A stretch of DNA of 54,715 nucleotides, filler included, from Basidiobolus ranarum (lineage: Eukaryota), in NCBI GenBank assembly GCA_040143965.1. It is 4 parts of 4 records of this genome, joined end to end, with 100 filler letters (N's around TTAATTAATTAA, not from the genome) between each part and the next. Parts side by side here need not be neighbours in the genome. Positions count along the whole stretch, not along the records: positions 27,431 to 41,036 come from JASJQH010007350.1; 3 more parts are not named here. One strand, given 5' to 3'. Below the pieces are notes generated by a model that was not told the origin of the DNA, made no database searches, and worked only from the letters and a program-made list of their open reading frames with translations. The position numbers and the translations under genes were made by a program. Of this stretch, positions 27,331 through 40,469 are shown one piece after another. Positions within the stretch are counted from its first letter, which is position 1. Each line of letters starts with the position of its first letter.

Positions 27331-27430
27331 NNNNNNNNNNNNNNNNNNNNNNNNNNNNNNNNNNNNNNNNNNNNTTAATTAATTAANNNNNNNNNNNNNN
27401 NNNNNNNNNNNNNNNNNNNNNNNNNNNNNN
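27331..27430. other. Artificial contig-join spacer
   Basis: N run with TTAATTAATTAA at 27375-27386; IML1 is cut at this point. Confidence 0.97.
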
Positions 27431-30085
27431 CACATTCTTGGCAGGGTTGCAGGGCTTGATCAGGCTTTGACGAATGACCGGTCGTGAATTGAATCCGTTG
27501 CGGGGAGATGGCTGCTTATTAGGGTACCTGTTCCCCCCCCTTGCCAGTGAACTCACCATCGAGTCAACTTTGCTTTGATACGATGAAGGGTCAATGAGAG
27601 ATCTTTTAAAATCTTTGCGGGGTTGGCCATTGCTGATCATGATTGGTTTAACAGTACTGGAACTGATTGGGGTGGATGGTTCCTCATCATTAAGAGATTT
27701 TGTATCAGCAACCACAGTTGGATTACCATTGCTCTCAATATCTCGAGGGTGAGCTTGTCCTCCCCGGGTGGATGAAGCTTCTGATTGGTCGTTATCTCTT
27801 GGCTCAGGGCGGCTCAAGGCATGAGGGCTCTTACTGTTGGCAGCTGTGTCAGGTTTTTGTGATTTTTCTTCGGAATGAAATATGGGGCGCTGTTGGTGTC
27901 GGCGCGCGACGTACATACCAGATGTGACAAAACTGCTTGATATCATAGTTTTGGGAAGACTTCCGAAAGGCTCCGTGGAGTTCGACTCGTAGACTTTCCC
28001 ATATGTGTAGTCTTCGAAGCTCCTTCGGGGGAAGATCGAGTCAGAAACTGGGTTAGCATTAAGAGGGTTTTGTTGGGAAACCGCTTCGCCGTAATTGTCG
28101 GAAATAGTTTCGCGAAGACTTCGTGTTTTAAGGGCTTGCTTCAGCTTGAGAGTTCGACGCGAATCACTTTGGAAAACATCCTCATCATACTTGTCAAACA
28201 CACACGATGTTTTGTCCGCGCTCTCATCCAATCCAGCTCCATTCTTGATGGGAGTTATGTACTTGTCATCCAGATATTCTATGGAAATGGGGGCCATCTC
28301 ATGCTCCATGACACCCATCATCTGTAGGTTATACATTTTACATCTTGGAATGAATTTCTCTGATTTGTGACTGCCTTCATCATTGACGCTATAGAAGCTA
28401 CAGTCAATCCAATGAGGCATAGCGTAATACACATCCATCTGACTGTTGGGATCGGGGTCGTCATAGTATAGGGGCTCCCACATGTCTAGTTTCTCAGTAT
28501 TGTCTGAGGCAGGCTTGTCGGAAAATTTGGATTTGCCATAGCCACCCTGATCAGCAGAGAGATATTTCTTGTCTAGCTTTTGCTCAGAAGCCTTGTTGGG
28601 GTCCAATAATTTAGAGATACTGCTCGAAAGAAACTTAAACAGAGGGACGGTATAAAGGGGATATTTTGATAAACATACAAGGTCTAAACCTATACCGTTA
28701 TCTATCATCCGCTCAGTAGTAACTCGAAGGAGTTTCTTGTCGACTTCAAAAATCCCAGTTCCAGGAGTAATAATCACTATTGAAAGCCCGGTGCGAAGCA
28801 GATCACGGTCAACATAGTGTTTATCAAAAGCATTCAGGGCAAGATTGATGGCTTCCAAGATATTGCCTTCGTGTGCCATGGTGTTTTCTCCACTCAAATA
28901 GGTTGATTTATCTACACGAAGCTCTAGAATATCCTTTCTAAAGGAGATAAATTCTTTTTTGAGATGGACAATTGCTGTACCCCAGTCGCTTCGTGTTTCC
29001 CAATCTGCCACTACCTTGTAATAGTCTTTGTACCATCGATGATCGCTGGCCTGGCGCAACAGACCATCTTTCGCTAGCTCCTTGCTGTACTCATAAAATA
29101 CTCGAGTAAACATAACAATAGACGCTACATGGTTAGTTCCGAGCTCTCTCCAGCGTCCAAAGAGGTCTGGTAGAAAGTTGTGGGTGGCTTTCTCAAAAAA
29201 AAGCATTCCATCTTCATCAAAATCCCACATCTCACGACTCATTTGTATAAATATGTAATATTTGGCGGATTCAGATCGAAAGATGGTCCGAGTATTCTCA
29301 GTAATATAACCACACATGGCCTATAGAACACATAATTTTCTTTAGATGTAAGGCCTCAAAGTAATAAAGTCGTATAGCTGAAACTTACTGTTCCTCCCTT
29401 AACATATATCTCTTTGACCTGTACTCTAACACATCCAGCAAACGAAACTTTCTTTCCGACATGAACACAAGTGCCGTTCAGGCTCAATTTTAACCGCCAC
29501 ATGTCACTACGACCAATGTATTGATCTTTAAAAGTGAACTCAATATACTCAGTAGCAATGGAATCAGCATCCACCTGAGAAATTATTATGAATACGACAA
29601 TTAGACTCACGAGAATGCAAAACCAAAATGGCATTTACCTTTCGAACCATGATATCTTTACGCGCTTGAAGACCAAAGGTTGTGGCTATGTGATTAGCAA
29701 TAGAGATCTAAGAATATTCAGTTAACCGTTAACCACAAATTTAAGTACGTGCTGCTCAAAAGAATGTGAGTAGGCTGAGATATAGTACTTGCAATTGAGG
29801 CTGCTTAGCCAAAATGTCACTATCAGAAGGCTCAACTTGTAGAATTAAAGGCTTTTCATTGGAATCATTCAGTTTCGCTTTGTATTCTATATATCCAGGC
29901 TTTGTTTCTGCTGTAGGAGTAGTTTGGGATGGTGGATGGAATATTTCCAGAAGATCTCCAGGCTTGATACCGGGGAAACATTCTGGATTTATAACCACGT
30001 CTTGTTTTGAAAAGCCATAATCGTGGACCCATAAATTATAAGTTTTGACCGCGCCAGACGGTATGTCATTACTATGTGGAGACAT
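27431..30085 (-). CDS. IML1: GATOR1/SEACIT subunit Iml1/Sea1/DEPDC5, 3'-partial, multi-exon
   Basis: NLWVHD, KPGDLLEI, FKDQYIGRSDMWR, IFRSESAKYYIFIQMSREMWDFDEDG, GNILEAINLALN, DRDLLRTG, PHWIDCSFY. Truncated by the gap. Confidence 0.95.
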
Positions 30086-30507
30086 TTTGAGTTTATAGGA
30101 GCACTCGTAGTAAAATTATTTAATGTTTACGTCGTACGGTTGTTTCTTTTATCTTATTTTGTTCGTAAACAGGTTATTCTACTATCTTTTTTGGTACTTG
30201 GCAAGTATTCAAACTACCATGGATTGATTTCGACTTTGAGCAATATTGAAATGGTTTAAATTTAAGTATTGCGATAGCCTCCTTGCACACTGAAATACTT
30301 AACTTTGACCCGGGTAGCATTTTCCTTAAAAAGGCCAATAGGAGGTGAACATCGACGTATCTGTAGGATAAGGGATTATTTTTTTTCTTCATTTTTTTTG
30401 TGGTATACTTGATTACTATACCCCCGGCAAAGTGGTATAAAGTTTCGTTTCTGATATCGCTGAATATCCTTTCTCTCCGCGACCTCAGTTGTATACTATA
30501 GTTAAAC

Positions 30508-30914
30508 ATGGTGGTAAGTCTTAAGTGAACATTCTCTGTCTAACCTTAGTCCTGTGTTTCGGTTTCTATCCCACAATTATCTAAACAACATCTCTTTACC
30601 TAGCTTGCTATCGATCTCCTCAACCCTACTATTGAACATGAGAGAAACACTCATAAACTTAAGAGATTAGTTCAATCACCTAACTCTTACTTTATGGACG
30701 TTAAATGCCCCGGCTGTTTTAACATCACCACAGTTTTCAGCCACGCTCAAACTGTTGTACTCTGCGGATCTTGTGCCACTGTTCTTTGCCAGCCTACTGG
30801 TGGTCGCGCTCGTTTGACTGAAGGTAATATAGATCAGAGTATATTTTACTTCCATACAACTCAGCTAATCATACCTGCATCTTAGGTTGTTCCTTCCGTA
30901 AGAAGGCTAACTAA
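30508..30914 (+). CDS. RPS27: 40S ribosomal protein S27 (eS27), 3 exons
   Basis: [84 protein letters not shown]. First intron 30514-30603; the second ends at 30885. Confidence 0.98.
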
Positions 30915-31340
30915 ATTACGAACTTTACATTTGCTATAAGGTTAAGGGATAGAATTGGTAGTAGAACAAAATGATTTTCATACAAAGCGTTCTATAGTGC
31001 TCCATTACCTTCAACTTTGCATTTATTAAGATCTATATTTATTTTAAAATTTCCAAATACCACCTTGGTTTTTTATACGTGTGATTGATGTCGTTGCGCA
31101 GGCTTTACAATTATCCACTTGACTCTGTTGCGTTTACTCTTGAAAATTTAGGCAACTTTTGAATGTTCCTAACTTTTTTGAACGTTTGCAGACATTTGGG
31201 ATAATACTTTTGGAGACTATTTTCTATGATGAAATAAAGTTTCCCTTTAGTCCATATGATATACATCTTATTTTATTTATGGTATCTAATTGCTTGTCTA
31301 CATAGTGGATTTCTTTAACTTGGTCACATCACAATCTACA

Positions 31341-32306
31341 TTATTCAATCAAGGTTCTGCCATCCGACCAGTATTGGTCACCATAGCTGACAAAGATCTC
31401 TTCATTTGGCTGGATATCTCTCTGGGCCACGTAAAACACATGCCAGAGGTTGTCGTGAACACTGTACATGGTTTCTGCATTCTGTAGCTCTAGGGATTTA
31501 AGCAGAACTCAGTTAGATCTATTAAATAACAGGTCATTCTTCATAAACTTACTGGTATTGTGATTAGCAAAGCGAAGGTAGTTTCCTATTTCTAGCGAGT
31601 CAATGGTTAGATCGACTTGGTAGAAGTCTTTGTCCACAACAACGCTGTCTAGATAGCTATATTGCCAAGCATAAGCGCCATCAAGTGTCTTGTTGGTAAG
31701 TAAGCCTGTTTGAAGTGTGAGTAGAGGACTACTTATCAATGTATCTTGCGTATATGTTACCTGTGTATAGTCCCACTATGGTTCCCTCAGGAATCAACTC
31801 GCTGGTGAACAATCCCCATTTAATGATGTCGTTGATCCATCGAATGTAGAGTCGCTCATCATCTCTATCTTCTCTGATGATTTCTACGTATTCGCTGAAC
31901 ACTTCAATATTTTCAACGACCTCTTCGATCTCGTCGTCATTTTCCATGAAATCGAACGGAGTTGCACCATCTACCCACTGTTCAATTTCTTGGTCAACAA
32001 TCATATGGTTCACAGGAGTGATATTGAAAGCTTCCTGAAAGTCTGGCATGTAATAACGGCGATATACGAAAGTTCCATTTTGATAAAGTCCCGGATTAAA
32101 AAGAGAGAGCTCAGAGTCGACATTCAATGCTACATCTTATTGGTATTGTCAGGTCTTTGGTGTATTGTACTAACAGCTGGATTGACTTACCTCCCTGTAC
32201 CAAAAGGAGATGGCTTACTATCGAGAATATGGTGAGTAGCTAGATGGTCACTTAAAGGTTATTCAATGTACAGTAAGGATCAGTCTAGTCAAATCCAATT
32301 TACCAT
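31341..32306 (-). CDS. SET-domain protein (240 aa) with predicted N-terminal signal peptide, 5 exons
   Basis: Exons 32306-32304, 32239-32191, 32129-31761, 31705-31553 and 31489-31341 total 723 nt in frame. Product MLLTIFSIVSHLLLVQGALNVD...LYIRWINDIIKWGLFT...GLYTG...IDSLEIGNYLRFANH...RDIQPNEEIFVSYGDQYW. Confidence 0.85.
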
Positions 32307-32795
32307 GTAATGTTGATGCTTATGGTAGAGCTGGTGGAGTGACTGAAGAGAACAGAGATATTGATGACAACGAGCTATATCAGAACTGCTTATATAGGTT
32401 GCAGAGTACCTATGCCGTCCTCCCTTGTTAATCCTACATATGTCTCTGTGTTGAAGAGTGTGCCTTTTGCATGTGTTTGATGAGTTTCAGAAACCTTTGA
32501 TATCGAATGTCTAAATGGAGTGCAGAGAACGCTGGTTAATATAAAAATAGTACGGTCTTCCAGTGAAGCAATGTTGATTTGTTGATTACACTTGAATTTT
32601 TATGTCGAGTTATGCACTCCAGTCGCATTTCTAGTGACATATTATTAGAAGCAGCCATACAGTACAATATAAATAGGCAGCTGTTGAACCTGAGGGCAAT
32701 AAATACTAACAAAAAATCTATAACACTTGCCCATATCTATTGCCGTGGTTCCATTTTCTTTTCACACTTGAGGCGCTTTGATACCTCAAATATCT

Positions 32796-33275
32796 ATGGT
32801 CTATTTGAAATATTTGACGTGTTTCTTCGCCTTTGCTCTGCTATGCAATGCTGAGACTACCTTCATAAAGGTGCTTTTTCTATCTTACGATAGATCAAAT
32901 GTTACCATCGCTGTAGGAGACACCGTTCAATGGTCATGGCTTAGCTCTGCTCACTCCGTGACCCAAACGGCTCAACAAGCAGGATGCGATCCAATGGCTG
33001 GTGGTTTTGATTCCTCAGTACTGGATGTTGGCTCCAACTTTAGTGTTGTTTTTAGTAAGCCAGGAATATATCATTATCACAGCAGTCAGGGACTAAACTG
33101 TCGTTCAGGCATGGCTGGAGAGATAAATGTCGGTACACTGAACAACGGAGTATTGAGCCTTCCACCCCGACCTAAAGCCATTCTAGATAGTGTCTCCATT
33201 GCTACATCAGCTTCGACTTGGTCGTCTTGTCTTCTAGGGATCATTGGAGTTTCCCTCTTACAGACGATATTCTAA
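32796..33275 (+). CDS. Secreted/GPI-type cupredoxin-fold protein (extracellular serine-rich protein family)
   Basis: Signal peptide; VTIAVGDTVQWSW..AHSVTQ....C....GGFDS...PGIYHYHS....CRSGMAGEIN; hydrophobic C-terminus. Confidence 0.82.
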   Translation: MVYLKYLTCFFAFALLCNAETTFIKVLFLSYDRSNVTIAVGDTVQWSWLSSAHSVTQTAQQAGCDPMAGGFDSSVLDVGSNFSVVFSKPGIYHYHSSQGLNCRSGMAGEINVGTLNNGVLSLPPRPKAILDSVSIATSASTWSSCLLGIIGVSLLQTIF

Positions 33276-34155
33276 TGTAGAAATGCGTACTAAAGAAAAC
33301 ATTCTTACGGTCTACCACTGTAGAGATTCTTGACTAAATCAGGCTTTGGATAAAATATTTTAACGATTTATTTGTATATCCCCTTTGAAACGTATCTTTT
33401 ACTTGCGTCAAGTATGGTGAATTGCATTAGAATGGCTCGTTTCATTTCTGGATGGGTTTCTTGCTCTATTACAAGTGATACCATAGTATAACCATAACAC
33501 GTGAGCAGTCGGAGTGTATTTTCTTACAGCTACCTACGTCTATCGGATTAATGTGTGTGTATATAACAGTATATCAGTGTTGAAGATTAAATAATTAGTA
33601 AACCTTGACTAAACACTCAGATATGTATGCGATGACTTCACTGATGGAACATGTCTAGTAATCACTCATATTCTGCTATTTCTGAGGTTTAAAGAACACA
33701 GGTCACTGCTAAAGTGTATGATAACCATCCAAGGTTATAGTGCAAATATCAAAGGTTGTTTTAGATAATAGAAGTCAAATTCGATATTCGGGCCATTCAT
33801 GCAGTTATTGGTAATGTTACTCGCTGTTATTTGTTAAAACTTTACCGATAAGCCCACTCAATATATTAAGCTTTGTTATAGTAGACGAAAAAGCGTAAAA
33901 GCGTAAAAGCAAACAATGAATTGGAAATTTTAGTGGCTTTTGATCAGATACATCTACATTAACAAACATTCATGATTGGATATTATGCAGCAGCACTTTA
34001 ATAATGTTTCCCTTTACAGATAGAAGATCTCTACATTTTTCAACTGGATGTACAAGCAACCCTTAAGCTTGTACGAATGTTGTGCTACACATCTGACCAA
34101 TATAAAACCCCGGATCTCATTTTAAATACCAAGATCGTCTATTCGTAATATTAAT

Positions 34156-36210
34156 ATGAAATTGTGCTCTCTTCTCATATTAGTTGTACCTTTAACTGGT
34201 GCTCTTCGACCACTTACTCCCCAGGATCTAGCGGTCATCACTAAGCCTAGTGCTGCTGTGCCTTCTCCTGATGGAAATTGGGCGGTTTTTTCTGGTTCAA
34301 ACTATGATATAACCAACAATACTAGCACAAAGAATCTATGGTTGCTCAACTTGAAAAACAATCAGGTAACTCCTTTGACTACTCCTGGGAAAACTGGAGA
34401 CTCTGTGCCGATTTGGTTGGATAACACCACTGTTGGCTTCCTCTCCTCTCGATCAAAATCCTCCCAACTTTGGGCCATTGATATTGTGAAGCCTAAAGCT
34501 CAACCATTGCAAGTTACGAACTTTACTCTTGGTATTAGTAACATAAAGTATAATCGGAGAGCCAAGCTTTTGGCTTTCACTACCCCCGTATACGAAGATG
34601 GGTCTATGGAGAAAGCCGTTGAAATTAATCTTGCTGAGAGTAAGCGCACTGACTCCGCTTTAGTATATGATCAATTGATGGTCAGGCATTGGGACACCTT
34701 TACATCCAAGAAAAAGAAAAATATCTTTACTGTTCAACTTGACAAGAAAAGAAATGATTATTCTGTTTCATCTTTTCCGGTTAACGTTATGAAACAAACC
34801 GGCTTAGAATCTCCAGTTCCACCACTTGGAGGTTCTAAAGATTTTGACATTTCTCCGGATGGTAAAGAGATTGCTTTCAGCGCCAAAAAACCAGGAAGAG
34901 ATTATGCCTGGGAAACAAAAATTGACATTTATATCGTTCCATCAAACGGAAGTAAACCACCTAAATCTCTCACTAATGCAAATCCCGCTGCTGCTTCATC
35001 TCCAGCTTATTCTCCAGATGGAAAAACTCTAGGTTGGCTTCAAATGGAAAGACGTGGCTATGAATCGGATCGTAAGCGAATTATCTTATACGACCGTAAA
35101 ACCAACAAATCACGTTATCTAAACAAGGATTGGGATCGTTCTCCAGACGGAATTGTTTGGTCTTTTGATTCCGCTGCTCTTTTTCTACCTACCAAGGAAT
35201 ATGGACGTATCAAGATCTTTGCAGCTGATGTCAAAAGTGGCCATATCAAGACCATTGTCAATGAGCATAGTACTTCCTCAGTACACATCTTGAACTCGGA
35301 TACTTTACTTCTAACACAGAGTGCTATGAATCACCCAAGTGAATTTTTCACTGTTAAAACTGACGGTTCGAACCTCAAGCAAAAGACACACCTTCACAAG
35401 CCCAGAATAAGTGATGTATATCTTCCTGCTCCGGAGGAATTTTGGTTCAAAGGTGCAGAAGGCGACAAGGTCCATGGTTGGTTACTAAAGCCCTTTGGAT
35501 TTAAGTCTGATAAGAAATACCCAGTGGCTTTCCTTGTCCATGGCGGACCTCAAGGCGCCTGGTCGGACAGCTGGAGTAGTAGTTGGAATCCAGGAATTTT
35601 CGCCTCAGCGGGGTTTGTAACTGTTTTAATTAATCCACGGGGTTCTACAGGATATGGACAGAAGTTTACGGACCAAGTTCAGCAGAGTTGGGGTGGTCGT
35701 CCTTACGTCGACTTAATGAATGGTTTAGACTACATTCTTCAAACTTATCAGTATACTGATTCGAAACGAGTGTGCGGTCTTGGAGGTAGTTATGGTGGAT
35801 ACATGATGAATTGGATCAATGGGCAGACTGACCGATTTAGCTGTCTCGTTAATCACGATGGTAAATTCTCCATCCTTTCTGGGTACTACTCCACGGATGA
35901 ATTGTGGTTTCCAGAAAGCGAAATGGGTGGACTTCCTTGGGAGCCTGAAGCCCTCAAGAATTATGAAAAGTGGTCGCCATCTAATTATGTTCAAAATTGG
36001 AAAACTCCGACATTAATTATCCACGGTGCCCATGACTATCGAATTGTTGATGGAGAAGCTTTCTCTACCTTTACTGCTTTGCAAAGACGAAACATCCCCT
36101 CTCGTCTACTTTACTTCCCTAATGAAAACCACTGGGTAACGAAACCCGCAAATACTCTTCGCTGGCATGCGGAAATCCTCAAGTGGATAAATAAGTGGAC
36201 CGGGAACTAA
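34156..36210 (+). CDS. DPP5: Secreted dipeptidyl-peptidase V (S9 family)
   Basis: Signal peptide; propeller SPDG repeats; VRHWD; HGGPQGAW; nucleophile GGSYGG; Asp in DYRI; His in ENHWV. Intronless, 684 aa. Confidence 0.93.
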   Translation: MKLCSLLILVVPLTGALRPLTPQDLAVITKPSAAVPSPDGNWAVFSGSNYDITNNTSTKNLWLLNLKNNQVTPLTTPGKTGDSVPIWLDNTTVGFLSSRSKSSQLWAIDIVKPKAQPLQVTNFTLGISNIKYNRRAKLLAFTTPVYEDGSMEKAVEINLAESKRTDSALVYDQLMVRHWDTFTSKKKKNIFTVQLDKKRNDYSVSSFPVNVMKQTGLESPVPPLGGSKDFDISPDGKEIAFSAKKPGRDYAWETKIDIYIVPSNGSKPPKSLTNANPAAASSPAYSPDGKTLGWLQMERRGYESDRKRIILYDRKTNKSRYLNKDWDRSPDGIVWSFDSAALFLPTKEYGRIKIFAADVKSGHIKTIVNEHSTSSVHILNSDTLLLTQSAMNHPSEFFTVKTDGSNLKQKTHLHKPRISDVYLPAPEEFWFKGAEGDKVHGWLLKPFGFKSDKKYPVAFLVHGGPQGAWSDSWSSSWNPGIFASAGFVTVLINPRGSTGYGQKFTDQVQQSWGGRPYVDLMNGLDYILQTYQYTDSKRVCGLGGSYGGYMMNWINGQTDRFSCLVNHDGKFSILSGYYSTDELWFPESEMGGLPWEPEALKNYEKWSPSNYVQNWKTPTLIIHGAHDYRIVDGEAFSTFTALQRRNIPSRLLYFPNENHWVTKPANTLRWHAEILKWINKWTGN

Positions 36211-37059
36211 GCAAGAATTCAAGAATACCCCCACCCGTATGGGTTTGTTCATACCATATGAAGAAACGGTAAAAACCACTTTGCTTCTTGAAACCAGTCA
36301 TTCGCATTTAGAATAACCACGCCCTATGTATGCTCACAATCCCCATTTACCTTCAGAATAAACTCATACTACATATGCTCCTAATTTCCAGTTAGAAATT
36401 TACACGGTGTTTACTGAGCAACCAACTTAGTATCTGCACATGACACTTCAATCCGTAATATTACCAGAAAGATTCCTGAATCGAGACTCGATGTACTTCT
36501 TCGAATATAGCTAAAGCAGGTTCTGTGACACCGGAAGATGTATATCATTTAGAATTTACAACGTTTGAATAAGTTCGAATTCTAATCCAAAATGTATAAA
36601 TAACTACAATATCTCAATTTGTTGTTGTTTGGACAGCCTGAAACCTAAGCCTGATCATTGAATGCTAACTTATTTCATATACATGCACTATCTAGTAATT
36701 GATGCCCTATTTAGGATATGTTTTTAGTAAGGGAGACAATATATAGAGGAGGATTTACTCCGCCCTCGTACCATTCATCGTATTCTGTAGATTCTACAGT
36801 CATATTTTAACGTCGCCCAACTCTTGACTCTGTAGATACTTTTATCTCTCTCGGTGAGTTCTTATCTTTGATTTAAATCCGATAACTCTTTTTGCGTCAG
36901 TTTATAATCAAATACATATACGGAAGGTACTTTATCATTACTTGTAGTTAATATGGCGCCGTTTCTGTTAAACGAACATTTTGTTTCCATGTAGTTATCT
37001 TATCGTCAGAAATAAACCAAATCAATCTTGACGGTTCCCTTTTATACGACTTGCCGCCA

Positions 37060-37854
<795 letters not shown>

Positions 37855-39261
37855 TATCTACAACGCTTTATTCGATTATCCCTACGTGTTTAGGGGCTAT
37901 GTCACTATTTTTCTCTTTTCCTAAAGAGTAACATCAAGATCGTGCATGTGACTGATTTAATGACATCCGCAGCGTTCATTAATAGCGCCCAGCACTTAGT
38001 AGGGAAGTCAAACAGATGGCTGTTACACCCATACCCCTAGGTGAAAGAAAAGTTGATTGTTACACCCCTTGGTGAAAAGCAGGTTTCCAATCTAAGATGG
38101 TGCTTAAGCAATCAAAAATTTGGACCATTTAGTATTTGGAATGCCGAAACAAAACCCTTGGAACTCACCAGGGCCAGCAGATAGATAGCCAGCAAGCGAG
38201 TCAAAGATATACTATGGCATCTCAAGATTGGTTCTGACATGGTCTGATCACACGTGCTTTTAACCATCTAACGAGGTGAGCAATAATTATCACGTGACTT
38301 GAGCATCAACGATCCAATGTGATAGAGTGCATTCCACACACTGAACACACTCGACACAGTCCAGAACTTACGGATATAGATATCTAGATCGCGGTTGAAT
38401 ATTGTAACATCAACAGCGCCAAAACAGCTGAATGGTAGACTAAATTATTCAGTGGATTTGGAGCTTACATCATCGTAGAGATTGGAGCTGACATCGAAAC
38501 ATAAACTTGTGGAGATTGGTGGTTGCATCGAAGATTGACCTTGCAGACTCACACATAACAGTTACAATGTACCAGATCTAAGTAACATCATGGTGTTCCC
38601 GATTCGCCCGTAATCTAATGAGCACACCATAAAAGAAAGCCAAGTCCAAATTTTTACGGCTCATCAGATCTGATCAGTAGCTAATTTGGGGAGATTCAAT
38701 AATAAATATGATGTCTATGGGTTGGCTTTCTAGACTGCCCACAGTGGGTTTTTGGCATTGTATATCCATAGATATGCCTAATACGCCAATTTCCATGACT
38801 TTGATTGGTGCTCGTAATTTTAAATTATCTCAGGCCATTGGTGTGATGTTCCCCATTTTCTTATATCACTACACGCCTGCTGAGAAGTATAAATCACGTC
38901 AATTAGCAGAAGGTGAATGGAAGTTGAGGGACGAATGGAAAGCCGATGAATGGACGTAGTGATAATTAGTGCAAGTTGATTCAAAAATTCCTACATCTGG
39001 ATATATCGGCTCCAAATTAGTAAAACATGAACCCAGTCAGATTGAATGCAAAACTTGGCTTATTCTTCGGAAAGAGATGTTTTCCATGTGGTGAGAATGG
39101 ATCCGTGAATGTATTGCTATTGAATAATATTGAAAGCATTTCCTATATTATGTGTGTAACCCCCTGATTTTGTTATATAATGTGTGATGAACTCAACTAC
39201 ACTAAGCATAAACACTCACCTCCTTATTCACATCAATCTAATATACCATCACATCAACCTT

Positions 39262-40121
39262 ATGGCCAGGTATAAACCCTCTCTAAACGTTGAACGATGT
39301 CTATTTTTCTAACTTTCATAAAGATACACCCTCGAGGTAGTGCAGCACCCAATTCACGCGCGTATGTGCGGATTCGGGGAAAAAGACAAGAGATCTTTAG
39401 ATCCACCACCAATAGTTAAGTTAAATATCTTAGATGACGAAGGAGTTCATATCACAGAGTGAGTCGGCAATTTCCGAACGTTCTGCTATCAGAGCTGAGC
39501 TAAGACAAACTCCTCAATTTTCAGGTTCCCACCCTCTCAATTCTATGTAGTTCATGCTGATCTTTGGTCAGAAAACCAACAAACCAATTGCACCACCGTT
39601 GTCGATCCTTCCACTTTACCTTCTTTCTCTTCTCAAACACCGAGAACTTCGGTGTTGGCATTATCCGACCCAATATATGTAAGAAACCTGGTAGGAACAA
39701 CCACATCGTCTTCTCACATTCTCCATGATACTGAAGAGCGCGGCGGCATCTACTTCATATTTCCTGAACTCTCAGTTAGAACTACTGGAACTTTTTGCTT
39801 GCGGTTCTCTTTCCTAGATCTTTCCAAGTATAACTTATGTTCATTCCATAATAAGTCAACCTTACACTAAACAATTCTCTTTCACCTAGGATAATGGGCA
39901 GCGGGGAAGACATAGTTGTCAAACCAGTGTTTAGTCGAGGATTTAAAGTTTATTCAGCCAGAACCTTCCCGGGGATGAGTGGTAATGTTTTTCGCAGATA
40001 AAGTTTTGGAAATAGATTCATTAATTTCCAGAATTATTTAGAAACCACCGAATTATCAATGAAATTTTTTAAGCAAGGTGTCCGCATTCCTACGAGGAAA
40101 ATTCGAAACCAAGAAGGTTAA
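39262..40121 (+). CDS. Velvet-domain protein (205 aa, essentially domain-only), 5 exons
   Basis: Exons 39262-39269, 39324-39458, 39525-39827, 39890-39981 and 40042-40121 total 618 nt. Product MARYTLEVVQHPIHARMCGFGEKDKRSLDPPPIVKL...RNLVG...GIYFIFPELSVRTTGTFCLRF...FKVYSARTFPGMSETTELSMKFFKQGVRIPTRK. Confidence 0.93.
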
Positions 40122-40469
40122 ACAATGAAACTTTGGACTAACAATAAAGAAACTGTATTTTTATTTATCCTGTAACTAGTTGTCTGACCTGTCTGTCTGT
40201 ATTAGTGAGGACAATAACGGCTAAACTCAATACTGTAAATATTTATTTAGTCTAATTGTAACTGTTGGATCAGAAGTGATACAGGGATCCGCTTATTACT
40301 ACTTCCGAGGTACTGTGCAAACTGGATGACTATAATGAATACTCATTGGACAGTACTTCCAATAGTAATTGTCGATACATCATCAGCCACACCCACGTAA
40401 TATGTTTCCTTCAAGTACTTACAAGAAACCTTAGTCTACTATCCTTCGAGTACTCATACCTATCAGACT

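Noticed and set aside
33888-33910. aaaagcgt tandem octamer upstream of DPP5
   Set aside because: Only ~2.7 copies; indistinguishable from slippage.
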